Below are positions 49,882-62,553 of a stretch of DNA of 64,000 bases, piece after piece. The stretch's first letter is position 1. Every line of letters starts with the position of its first letter. Below the pieces are notes generated by a model. The model had not been told where the DNA came from and did no database searches. It worked only from the letters and a program-made list of their open reading frames with translations. The stretch is from assembly GCA_965223415.1 (NCBI GenBank), contig OZ245002.1, positions 5,472,001 to 5,536,000 of the forward strand, written 5' to 3'. Source of the stretch: Myxococcota bacterium (GTDB lineage: Bacteria; Myxococcota_A; UBA9160; UBA6930). Position numbers and translations under genes: made by a program.

Positions 49882-50330
49882 TGCGCACCTCCTGGACATG
49901 GGAGCCCCGAGACACCATGGACCAGCCCGGTGCGCACAAGCGGATGAGCCTCGAAGCCCGGCGCATCTCCTCCCAGCACCGCAAGCTCAACATGCTCCAC
50001 CGCGTGGTGGTCGACGCCATCAACCGCGCCCGCCCCGCCGAGTGCATCACCGCCTTCAAGCGCTTCCGGGAGGCCCTCGACTCCCACTTCTCCCTGGAGG
50101 ACGAACTCTACTTCCCGGCCCTCCACGGCCTGCGCCGCGACCTGTCCGCCACCCTCGAACGGCTGAGCCAGGAGCACGCCGCCCTGCGAAGCCGCCTGGC
50201 GGAGCTGGAGGCGGCGTTCGTCGAGGCCCGGCTGGACGAGTGCGCGCGGCTCCTCGATACCGTGGGCGCGGCGATCGCCGACCACGAGAGCCGGGAAGAG
50301 CAGGTGCTGCGGGCGTTCCGCGATTCCTAG
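49881..50330 (+). CDS. Hemerythrin/HHE-domain protein (start could be 49917)
   Basis: SQH, HFSLEDELYFP, QEH, HESREE. Confidence 0.78.
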   Translation: MRTSWTWEPRDTMDQPGAHKRMSLEARRISSQHRKLNMLHRVVVDAINRARPAECITAFKRFREALDSHFSLEDELYFPALHGLRRDLSATLERLSQEHAALRSRLAELEAAFVEARLDECARLLDTVGAAIADHESREEQVLRAFRDS

Positions 50331-50523
50331 TCCCGGCCGGTGGGTCGAGATCCGAAAACCCCTCGCTCTCGCGCTCCGGGCAGGCGTCGTCGTCGTAGAC
50401 GTGCCGGAACGAAGGCCCCTCCCAGTCCTCGAACTGGCCCTCCCGGGCCGCCCGGAGCACCAGGGCCAGGAGCAGGGCCGCGAGCAGCAGCGAGACCGGC
50501 AGGGTCACGGCGAGGAAGCTCAT
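50056..50523 (-). CDS. ccoS: cbb3 oxidase maturation protein CcoS (homology ends ~50390; long read-through tail)
   Basis: TM helix then GQFEDWEGP..DDD; ATG overlaps ccoI stop. Confidence 0.75.
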   Translation of the reverse strand: MSFLAVTLPVSLLLAALLLALVLRAAREGQFEDWEGPSFRHVYDDDACPERESEGFSDLDPPAGTRNRGTPAAPALPGSRGRRSPRPRYRGAARTRPAGPRRTPPPAPPGGFAGRRAPGSAVRGWRTGRGAGRGGPGSRVRPPGRSGSRGPPGSA

Positions 50524-52700
50524 GCGTCGGGGCTCCAGCGCAGCAGCCGGATCGCGTTGCCGGTCACCACGAGAGACGACGCGCTCATGGCGATCGCTGC
50601 GTGGAGGGGCTCGAGCCAGCCGGCCACCGCGAGCGGAACGGCCACCAGGTTGTAGAGCAGCGCGAAGCCCAGGTTCTCGCGGATGCGGGCCACGCAGGCC
50701 CGGGCCAGGCCCAGGGTCGTCGGGAGCGCCGTGAGACGAGGCGAGCGGATCACCAGATCGGCCGCGTGGAGGGTGACGTCGGAGCCGCGGTGCATGGCGA
50801 GGCCGACGTCGGCGGCTCCGAGGGCGGCGGCGTCGTTGATGCCGTCGCCGGCCACGAGCACACGGCGGCCGGCCCGTCGCAGGGTGCGCACCTGGGCGAC
50901 CTTCTCCTCCGGCGACTGCTCGGCGTGGACCACCGGCACGCCCGCAGCGGCGGCGGCCAGACGGGCGGCCGTAGGGTGGTCGCCGGTCACGAGGGAGGCG
51001 GCGACGCCCTGGCGCTGCAACGCCTCCACGGCCAGGCCGGCGTCCTCCCGCGGCGGATCCCAGAGAGCGAGCAGGCCCAGAACCTCCTCGTCCCGTGAGA
51101 CGGCGACGAGGCTCAGGCCCGCCGCGGCGGCCTTGTCCGCGGCCTCGCGGAGCGGCGCGGGCAGCGCGGCCCCCGCCTCCTCCAGCCAGCGCGGAGAGCC
51201 CGCGCGCAAGAGCGCATCTCCCGCCCGCGCCTCGACGCCAGCACCGGGCCAGGTGCGCCGCTCCGTGAGCTCGGGCAGCACGGCGTCGGCGGCGGCCTCG
51301 CGCAGGGCCTCGGCCACGGGATGGGTCGAGGCGCCTTCGACGGCGGCGGCCCAGAGCCGGAGCTCCTGCTCGCTCACGCCGGGCGCGGTGTGCAGCTCGC
51401 GCACGGCGAAGCGCCCCTCGGTGAGGGTGCCGGTCTTGTCCAGGGCCACCGCGTCGACCCCGGCGCAGCGCTCCAGCGCCTCGCCGCTCTTCACCAGGAT
51501 GCCGAGGGACGCGGCGCGGCCGACGGCGGCGGTGATCGCCGCGGGCGTGGCGAGACCGAGAGCGCAGGGACAGGCCACGATCAGCACGGCGGCGGTGGCG
51601 AGCGCCACGTCCAGGGGCGCGGCCCCCTTCCACAGCCAGAAGCCGGCGGTGGCGGTGGCGATGGCCAGCACCGCCGGCGCGAAGACCGAGGCCACCCGGT
51701 CCGCCAGCCGTTGGATGCGGGGCCGCTCGGCCTGGGCGCGCTCGAGGAGCGCCGCCATCTTGGCGAGGGTGCCCTCGGCGGGCCGAGCCACGACCTCGAT
51801 CTCCGCTTCCACCAGCAGGTTGCGGCTGCCGCCGATCAGGAGCTCGCCGGGCTCCCGCAGGACCGGGCGCGCCTCGCCCGTGAACGGCGCCTCGTCCACC
51901 TCGGTGGCGCCGGAGCACAGGCGCCCGTCGGCGGGCACGGCCTGGCCGGCGGGGACGAGGACGCGGTCGCCTACCGCGAGACTCGCGGCGTCCACCTCGA
52001 CGGGGCCCTCGGGCGTGCACAGGAGCGCCTTCGGCGGCGCCAGGGCGGCCAGGCGATCGACCGCCGAGCGTGCCTTGCCCCGCGCGCCGCGCTCGAGGGT
52101 GCGGCCGAGGAGCACCAGGAAGACGATCATGGCCGCCGAGTCCATGTAGAGGTGCGACGTGCCGGCGAGAGTACCGGCCACGCCGACCCCGAAGGCGGTC
52201 GTGATGCCGGCGACGATGGGCACGTCGACGGAGAGCTCGCCGCAGCGCAGTCCGCTCCAGGCCCCGCGCCAGAAGGGTGCCGCACACCAGGTGATCGCCG
52301 GCACCGTGAGCACCAGCGTGAGCCAGCGCAGGACCTGGCGCACGGCCGGATCCATGCCCTGGTAGCTGCCGGAGTAGAGAGCGACCGAGAGCCACATCAC
52401 GTTGCCGGCCAGGAAGGCCGCCACCAGCAGGCGCACGAGGGCGGCGCGCTGGCTGCCGGCGGCCGGCCGATCCAGCACCTCCGGGTCGAAGGGGGTCGCG
52501 TCGTAGCCGAGCTCGCGCACCACCCCGACGAGGGCGTCGGCGGAGCTGCGCTCCGGGTCGATGCGCACCAGGGCCCGGTGGCTGGTGTAGTTCACGGCGG
52601 CCTCGTCCACGCCGTCGGCAGCGCGCAGGGCCCGCTCCACCCGGTTCACACAGCCGGCGCAGTGGAGCCCGTCCAGGAAGAGGCCGACGTCCGCGGTCAT
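50520..52700 (-). CDS. ccoI: Cu-type P1B ATPase CcoI/FixI
   Basis: HCAGC HMA domain, TGE, CPCALG, DKTGT, GDGIND; cco context. Confidence 0.9.
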   Translation of the reverse strand: MTADVGLFLDGLHCAGCVNRVERALRAADGVDEAAVNYTSHRALVRIDPERSSADALVGVVRELGYDATPFDPEVLDRPAAGSQRAALVRLLVAAFLAGNVMWLSVALYSGSYQGMDPAVRQVLRWLTLVLTVPAITWCAAPFWRGAWSGLRCGELSVDVPIVAGITTAFGVGVAGTLAGTSHLYMDSAAMIVFLVLLGRTLERGARGKARSAVDRLAALAPPKALLCTPEGPVEVDAASLAVGDRVLVPAGQAVPADGRLCSGATEVDEAPFTGEARPVLREPGELLIGGSRNLLVEAEIEVVARPAEGTLAKMAALLERAQAERPRIQRLADRVASVFAPAVLAIATATAGFWLWKGAAPLDVALATAAVLIVACPCALGLATPAAITAAVGRAASLGILVKSGEALERCAGVDAVALDKTGTLTEGRFAVRELHTAPGVSEQELRLWAAAVEGASTHPVAEALREAAADAVLPELTERRTWPGAGVEARAGDALLRAGSPRWLEEAGAALPAPLREAADKAAAAGLSLVAVSRDEEVLGLLALWDPPREDAGLAVEALQRQGVAASLVTGDHPTAARLAAAAAGVPVVHAEQSPEEKVAQVRTLRRAGRRVLVAGDGINDAAALGAADVGLAMHRGSDVTLHAADLVIRSPRLTALPTTLGLARACVARIRENLGFALLYNLVAVPLAVAGWLEPLHAAIAMSASSLVVTGNAIRLLRWSPDA

Positions 52701-52897
52701 CCCTGCGCCTCCACCTCCCGCGGGTGGAAGCCGCTGCGTCCGCCGTCGGCTTCGAAGGCCTCGTCCACGATGACCGGGTCCGGCGTGCGGTAGGCAACGA
52801 CGGCGAAGCCGATCGACACCAGCATCATCAGGGCGAGCATCGAGGCGAGGATCCAGGGCCAGGGCTCGGTGCGGCGCTCCGTCGGGTCAGCCTGCAT
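52697..52897 (-). CDS. Very short CcoH/FixH-like protein
   Basis: PWPW + TM helix + DPVI; lies between ccoG and ccoI. Confidence 0.55.
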   Translation of the reverse strand: MQADPTERRTEPWPWILASMLALMMLVSIGFAVVAYRTPDPVIVDEAFEADGGRSGFHPREVEAQG

Positions 52898-54203
52898 CGC
52901 GGATCTCCGGTGTGAGGAAGTGGGTCGGCCGCACGAGGGGGCGATCGCCCCCCTCGACCGGCTCGAGCACGAAGCGCAGCTCCTTGCGGGTTCCGTCGGG
53001 CTCCCAGCCGAGCGGCGCCATCACGAAGACGCGGGCCTCCACCGCGTCGGTCGGCCCGACGGGGATCGGGTTCTGGCCGGCGATCAGGGCGAAGTCGGTA
53101 CCCGTGGCCTCGACGCGGATCCGGTAGGCGTGCTCGACCCGATCGCGGTTCTCGAGGCGGAGGGTGAAGGCGTTGCCATAGCGCCCGTCCGCGGCGCGAC
53201 CGAACAGGGCCTGGCGGTTGTGCATGACCGTGAAGTCCATCGGCACGCGCACCATGAGCAGCGCGGCAAAGGCCACGCCGGCAGCGACGAGCATGCCGCC
53301 GTAGACGACCACCCGGGGCCGCAGGACCCGGGCCGGCCGGGTGCCCTCGAGGGCCGAGAGCGCGCGGTATCCGATCAGCTCGGGCTCCCGGCCAGTGCGG
53401 GCCATCACCCCGTTGCAGGCGTCGATGCACTGGGTGCAGGTGATGCATTCGAGCTGCAGGCCGTCGCGGATGTCGATCTCGGTGGGGCAGACCTGCACGC
53501 AGAGGCCGCAATCGACACAGTCGCCTGCGACGGTCCCGCGCTTGCCCCGCGGCTCGCCGCGGGCCCGGTCGTAGCTGATGACGAGGGTGTCGCGGTCGAA
53601 CAGCACGCCCTGGAAGCGGGCGTAGGGGCAGAGATAGCGACAGAAGGTCTGCTTCACGACGACGAAGTCGAGGTAGGAGAGGACGGCCATCACCACGAGG
53701 AAGCCGAAGGCGGCGCCGTAGGGGCCGCCGGACTGGAGGCGTTCCAGCAGCTGGTAGGGCGAGGCGAAGTAGGCCACGAGGTGGAAGCCGATCACGAGGG
53801 AGAGTCCCATCCACACGAGGTGGGTGAGCAGGATCCGCCAGGCCGCGACCCGCTCGGGCGGCCGCGGCCCCTTCCAGCCCTGGAGGAAGCGCGCCACCAC
53901 GGCGAAGACATCGGTGAAGACGGTCTGCGGGCAGGCCCAGCCGCACCAGACGCGCCCGAGGAGGGCCGTGAAGAAGAAGAGCGCCAGGGCCAGCGCTGCC
54001 AGGATCAGCCACAGGAAGTAGAGCTCCTGGGGCGCGATCACGAGGCCCAGCACGTGGAACTCGCGGGCCGGGATGTCGAGCTGCACCAGGGGCTCGCCGC
54101 CGATCCGGATCCACGGGATCCCGAACAGGACGGCGATGAGCGCCACGTCGGCCCAGGCGCGCAGCGTACGGAACCGGCCGCTCACCGCGCGAGCGGAGAG
54201 CAC
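52887..54203 (-). CDS. ccoG: cbb3 oxidase accessory protein CcoG/FixG
   Basis: GRVWCGWACPQTV, CRYLCPY, CVDCGLCVQVCP, CITCTQCIDAC. Confidence 0.93.
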   Translation of the reverse strand: MLSARAVSGRFRTLRAWADVALIAVLFGIPWIRIGGEPLVQLDIPAREFHVLGLVIAPQELYFLWLILAALALALFFFTALLGRVWCGWACPQTVFTDVFAVVARFLQGWKGPRPPERVAAWRILLTHLVWMGLSLVIGFHLVAYFASPYQLLERLQSGGPYGAAFGFLVVMAVLSYLDFVVVKQTFCRYLCPYARFQGVLFDRDTLVISYDRARGEPRGKRGTVAGDCVDCGLCVQVCPTEIDIRDGLQLECITCTQCIDACNGVMARTGREPELIGYRALSALEGTRPARVLRPRVVVYGGMLVAAGVAFAALLMVRVPMDFTVMHNRQALFGRAADGRYGNAFTLRLENRDRVEHAYRIRVEATGTDFALIAGQNPIPVGPTDAVEARVFVMAPLGWEPDGTRKELRFVLEPVEGGDRPLVRPTHFLTPEIRDAG

Positions 54204-54206
54204 GCC

Positions 54207-54782
54207 CTACCCCCCTGCGCCCTGCTGGGCCTGGGCCGCGTCGTGCTCCGGCGAGCCCACGCCGGGCTCGTCGGTGCGCTCGAGGGTCTCCATGTAGGCG
54301 AGCACCTTCCAGATCTTCTCGTTGCCGAGCTGGGGGCCCCAGGGCGGCATGCCGAGGGGCCGGCCGGCGTTCACCGTCTCGAAGAGCGCGGCGTCGCTGT
54401 CGCCGTACTTCCAGTAGGGATCGATCACGCTCGGACCCACGAGCCCCCGCCCGTCGGGCAGGTGGCAGGCGACGCAGATCTGGGTCCACACCTCCTGGCC
54501 CTGGGCGATCGCGGCGCTGTCGCCGCGGTACGGATTCGTGTCCGGGAGGGCCTCGCGCACGGAGGCGAAGGCGGCTTCCGCCTCGGCGACCTCGGCCTGC
54601 CAGCGCTCCGCCTGGGAGTGCGGCGCCATGGCGCCGTAGAAGAAGATGTAGCCGAGCCCGTAGAGGATCAGCCCATAGAAGCCCAGGTTGAACCAGGCCG
54701 GGATCGCGTTGTCCTCTTCGCCGATGCCGTCCCGCTCGGGCTCGTCCACCAGCGGCCGCTCGGGAATCTGCTCCGAGCTCAT
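54207..54782 (-). CDS. ccoP: cbb3 oxidase subunit III, short monohaem form
   Basis: DGIGEEDNAIPAW, single CVACH, GMPPWG. Confidence 0.85.
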   Translation of the reverse strand: MSSEQIPERPLVDEPERDGIGEEDNAIPAWFNLGFYGLILYGLGYIFFYGAMAPHSQAERWQAEVAEAEAAFASVREALPDTNPYRGDSAAIAQGQEVWTQICVACHLPDGRGLVGPSVIDPYWKYGDSDAALFETVNAGRPLGMPPWGPQLGNEKIWKVLAYMETLERTDEPGVGSPEHDAAQAQQGAGG

Positions 54783-54931
54783 TCTCCGTCCTCCTCGAGC
54801 ATGCGGTGGGCAGGCGCTTCGAAGCGCGCCCTCTGGCCGGGCCGGAAGAGCCACACGCCGATACCGACCAGAACCAGGGCCAGGAACGCCAGACGGCCCA
54901 GCTTGTAGAGGGCGACCCACTCCTCGCTCAT
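54779..54931 (-). CDS. ccoQ: cbb3 oxidase subunit CcoQ
   Basis: 50 aa, single TM, RARFEAPA..ED; between ccoO and ccoP. Confidence 0.8.
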   Translation of the reverse strand: MSEEWVALYKLGRLAFLALVLVGIGVWLFRPGQRARFEAPAHRMLEEDGE

Positions 54932-55611
54932 CGGGCCGCTCCCTTCACCGAGGTCCCCAGGGACTGCAGGTAGGCGATCAGCGCCACGGTCTCGCTGCGG
55001 GCCTGGGCTTCGCTCAGCTCGATGCGATCGCGCCGGAGCTCCGCTGCGATGGCGTCGGCCTGAGCCAGGGCGTCCCGCCCCGCGTTCGCCACCTCGGCGT
55101 CCTCGTAGGGCGCGCCCAGCATGCGGAGCACCTCCAGCTTGCGAGGGAGCGTCGAGGTATCGATCGGTCTCGACGAGAGGAAGGAGAAGCTCGGCATGTT
55201 CGAGCGCGGCTCGATCTTCTGCGGGTCCTCGAAGTGCAGCCAGTGCCAGGAGTGTGGGTAGCGCCCGCCGACCCGCGCCAGGTCCGGCCCCGTGCGGCGG
55301 GAGCCGAACAGGAAGGGCCGGTCGTAGACCGACTCGCCGGCCAGGGAGTACGGCCCGTAGCGGTCGGTCTCGGTCTTGAAGGGCCGCACCTGCTGGCTGT
55401 GGCAGGTGTTGCAGCCCTCGCGCACGTAGATGTCCCGGCCCTCCTGCTCGAGGGCGGTGTAGGGCCGGTGGCCCTCGATCGTCTCCACCGTGCCCTGGAG
55501 GTAGAAGGGAGGGATCAGCAGGACGAGGCCGCCGACCACGATGCACAGCAGGGTGAGCCCGGTCAGGGACAGCCACTTCCGCTCCAGGGGGCGATGCCAC
55601 TCGTACGCCAT
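54928..55611 (-). CDS. ccoO: cbb3 oxidase subunit II
   Basis: GRDIYVREGCNTCHSQQVRP, GSRRTGPDLAR, SNMP. Confidence 0.95.
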   Translation of the reverse strand: MAYEWHRPLERKWLSLTGLTLLCIVVGGLVLLIPPFYLQGTVETIEGHRPYTALEQEGRDIYVREGCNTCHSQQVRPFKTETDRYGPYSLAGESVYDRPFLFGSRRTGPDLARVGGRYPHSWHWLHFEDPQKIEPRSNMPSFSFLSSRPIDTSTLPRKLEVLRMLGAPYEDAEVANAGRDALAQADAIAAELRRDRIELSEAQARSETVALIAYLQSLGTSVKGAAR

Positions 55612-55612
55612 C

Positions 55613-57070
55613 TCAGCGCCCTCCCGCCACGGCGGCCGCGGCGCCGGCCGGGGGCGCGTCGGCCTCCGGGACCTCCACCGAGCCCTGCTGGATCGTCTTC
55701 CAGACGTTGTAGACCATCACCAGGGCGCCTCCGAGGAAGAAGACGCCGCCCACCACGCGGATCACGTCGTAGATACGAATGGCAGAGACGGTCTCGATGA
55801 AGGTGTAGGTGAGGCTCCCGTCCGGGTTGACCGCCCGCCACATGAGGCCCTGGGTCACGCCGGACACCCACATCGGCGTCACGTAGAGCACGATGCCGAG
55901 GGTGGCGACCCAGAAGTGCACCTCGGCCAGGCGCTGGCTGTAGAGCTTCGTGTGCCACAGCCGCGGCACCATGTAGTAGAGGGTGGCGAAGCAGGTGAGC
56001 GCCACCCAGCCGAGGGCGCCGGAGTGGACGTGGCCGATCGTCCAGTTGGTGAAGTGGGAGAGCGAGTTCACCGAGCGGAGCGACATCATCGGCCCCTCGA
56101 AGGTGCTCATCCCGTAGAAGGTCAGCCCCACCGCGAACATCTTGAGCAGCGGATCCGTGCGCACCTTGTGCCAGGCGCCGCGGAGGGTGAGCAGCCCGTT
56201 CAGCATCCCGCCCCAGGAGGGGAAGATCAGCATGATCGAGAAGGCGGCACCGAAGGTCTGTGCCCAATCCGGCAGCGGCGAGTAGATCAGGTGATGCGGC
56301 CCGGCCCAGATGTAGATGAAGATCAGCGACCAGAAGTGCAGGATCGAGAGCCGGTGGGAGAAGATCGGCCGCCCCGCCTGCTTCGGCAGGAAGTAGTACA
56401 TGAGGCCCAGGATCGGCGTGGTGAGCAGGAAGCCCACCGCGTTGTGGCCGTACCACCACTGGATGTTCGCATCGTAGACGCCGGAGTAGGCCGAGTAGGA
56501 CTTCATCCACGAGACCGGCCAGGCCATGCTGTTCGTGATGTGCAGCATGGCGATGGTCAGCACCGTCGCGACCCAGAACCAGATGGCCGCGTACATCGCC
56601 TTCTCCCGCCGCTTGGCGAGAGTGCCGAAGACATTGATCGCGTAGACCACCCACACGACGGCGATGGCGATGTCGATGGGCCACTCGAGCTCGGCGTACT
56701 CCTTGGCGGTGGAGTAGCCCCCGAGCAGACTCACGGCGGCGGCGACGATGATGCCGTTCCACAGCCACAGGTTGATCCGCGAGAGCGTGTCGCTGAACAT
56801 CCGCACGCGGCACAGGCGCTGGAGCCCGTAGTAGGTGCCCGCAAAGACCACGCCCAGCGTGAAGCCGAAGATCACCGCGTTCGTATGGACCGGGCGCACG
56901 CGCCCGAAATGCAGGTACGGCCCCCAGTTCCATTCCGGCCAGGCCAGCTGGATCGCAGCCAGCAGTCCCACCAGCATGCCCACCACACCCCACAGCAGCG
57001 CTGACAGGGAAAACCCCCGCACCACCGCCATGTCGTAGAGGACGGGCTCGGCGTTCGTTCGTGTGCTCAC
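55613..57070 (-). CDS. ccoN: cbb3 oxidase subunit I
   Basis: RPVHTN, KEYAELEW, QWWYGHNAVGF, GPHH, WTIGHVH; GTG start with GGAAGG SD. Confidence 0.95.
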   Translation of the reverse strand: MSTRTNAEPVLYDMAVVRGFSLSALLWGVVGMLVGLLAAIQLAWPEWNWGPYLHFGRVRPVHTNAVIFGFTLGVVFAGTYYGLQRLCRVRMFSDTLSRINLWLWNGIIVAAAVSLLGGYSTAKEYAELEWPIDIAIAVVWVVYAINVFGTLAKRREKAMYAAIWFWVATVLTIAMLHITNSMAWPVSWMKSYSAYSGVYDANIQWWYGHNAVGFLLTTPILGLMYYFLPKQAGRPIFSHRLSILHFWSLIFIYIWAGPHHLIYSPLPDWAQTFGAAFSIMLIFPSWGGMLNGLLTLRGAWHKVRTDPLLKMFAVGLTFYGMSTFEGPMMSLRSVNSLSHFTNWTIGHVHSGALGWVALTCFATLYYMVPRLWHTKLYSQRLAEVHFWVATLGIVLYVTPMWVSGVTQGLMWRAVNPDGSLTYTFIETVSAIRIYDVIRVVGGVFFLGGALVMVYNVWKTIQQGSVEVPEADAPPAGAAAAVAGGR

Positions 57071-57099
57071 GCAAAGGCCCCCTTCCGCGCCGGACGTCG

Positions 57100-57115
57100 T
57101 GCAGGAGAGATGCCA
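57100..57115 (-). promoter_or_regulatory. Sigma-54 promoter TGGCATC-TCTC-CTGCA
   Basis: Upstream of ccoN. Confidence 0.65.
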
Positions 57116-57185
57116 ACGCAGGGCGGCATGAAACGGGCTCTCCGCGGGAAGGCGGCCCAATGCCTCCCCAACCCTGGCCTCACAT

Positions 57186-57202
57186 TGGGGCTCGGCGCCG
57201 CA
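57186..57202. promoter_or_regulatory. Candidate activator site TGGGG-N7-CCGCA
   Basis: One mismatch to the palindrome; a half site ending CCCCA lies at 57154-57170. Confidence 0.55.
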
Positions 57203-57339
57203 GAATCGAGGGCCGGCCCGGAGCCGCTGCGACGCGGTGCGTTGAGGGGAAGCCGCGAGACCACCCGAACGAACCGAACCCAAGCCCGCACCGCCCCGTT
57301 GCCCGCAAGCGCACCCCGCTCTCGCCCCGGGCCCCGCGC

Positions 57340-57957
57340 CCCCTGGTGCCGCCGAATCCAGACCGACCCGGGCCGCCGGGTCTCCGGGTCGTAGGCCGCG
57401 AAGGCGGCGCGGAAGCGCTCGCGGTGGTGGGTGTCGAGCCAGCTGCCGGGCCCGGGGCTGGGTAGGGCTCGATCGAGGTCAGGCCCGCCGCCGGCGCGCC
57501 CTTGTGCTGGTTGCGCGCGAGCGTCGCCGCGATGGTCCGCGTGGAGTGGCCCCGCCCACCTCGATCACCTGCCTCGGCCGGTAGCGGCGGAGGATTGCGA
57601 AGAGCGCGGCCGCGTCGGCGCCGCCGAAGGCACCGTGGAGGGGATCGAAGGCGTGGCGGCCGGGCTCCTGGGTAGCGGCCGCCTCCAGGAGCTCGGCGGC
57701 GAGGCCACCCTCCAGGGCCGCCAGCAGCTCGAGCTGCCCCGGCTCGTTCATGTCGAGGCCGGCGAGCCCCGAGGGCGCTCCCACAGCTCGGGGCCCAGCT
57801 CACGGGTATCCGGAATGGGCGAGTAGAAGTGGACCCGGCTGGCGTGGACGCCCCGCTGCTGGAAGCGCTCGAAGAAGCGACGATCGGTCAGCAGGCCCGG
57901 TGGAAGCCGCGCGACGGCCTCTGCCAACAGGCCGCGCACGAGTTCGCGGAGGCTCAA
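57340..57957 (-). pseudogene. Class I methyltransferase (Methyltransf_24-like) pseudogene; ends approximate
   Basis: Fragments in shifting frames: HFYSPIP / GLDMNE..QL..VIEVG / GHST..LTSIEPYP / PGSVWIRR; central part absent. Confidence 0.7.
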
Positions 57958-57974
57958 GGCAGCTCGCCCGGCGG

Positions 57975-60452
<2,478 letters not shown>

Positions 60453-60473
60453 GCGCTCTCCTGGCGGACGGCC

Positions 60474-61720
<1,247 letters not shown>

Positions 61721-61724
<4 letters not shown>

Positions 61725-62380
61725 GAGCTCGCCTCCCCACCGTTCGCCGGGTTCGACGCCGCCGGTGCACCGCCGTTCGCCCCGTTCGCGCCCGGCCGCG
61801 TGCGTTCCGCGGCCACCACGTCGACCAGGCCGTACTCGCGCGCCTCCTCTCCGGAGAGATAGTAGTCACGCTCGGTATCCCTGGCGATCTCGTCCAGGCT
61901 GCGTCCCGTGTGGCGCGCCAGGATCTCGTTGAGCTGGTCGCGCATGCGCAGCAGCTCCTTCGCCTGGATGTCGATGTCGGAGGCCTGGCCCTGGGCGCCG
62001 CCCCAGGGTTGGTGGATCATCACCCGCGCGTTGGGCAGCGCGTGGCGCTTGCCCTTCTCGCCGGCGGCCAGCAGCACCGCGCCCATCGAGGCGGCGAGAC
62101 CGACGCAGAAGGTCGAGACCGCCGGGCGGATGTACTGCATGGTGTCGTAGATCGCGAGGCCGGCGGAGACCGCGCCACCGGGCGAGTTGATGTAGAGGTT
62201 GACGTCCGCCTCGGGATCCTCGGACTCGAGGTAGAGCAGCTGGGCCACCACGACATTGGCCATCTCGTCGTGGATCTGGCCTCCGAGGAAGATCACCCGA
62301 TCGCGCAGCAGCCTCGAGTAGATGTCGTAGGCCCGCTCTCCGCGGTGGTCCTGCTCGACGACGATCGGGATCAGCGGCAT
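61721..62380 (-). CDS. clpP: Clp protease proteolytic subunit
   Basis: [27 protein letters not shown]. Confidence 0.97.
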
Positions 62381-62420
62381 GGCTCGTCCTGCACGGGGAT
62401 CGGGATCAGCGGCATGGCTC
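62363..62420. repeat. 23-bp direct repeat spanning the clpP start (62363-62385 and 62398-62420)
   Basis: GATCGGGATCAGCGGCATGGCTC twice, period 35. Confidence 0.9.
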
Positions 62421-62553
62421 TCCACCCCCTCCACCCCGGAGGGGTTACTGAGGTTCCAGTCTAACGAGGGCGCGGCCGGCGCGGGTCCCCCCCAAGAACC
62501 CGCGGACCGTTCGGAGCACGCTCACAGGCCGCCGCGAGGCGGCAAATGCGGGG

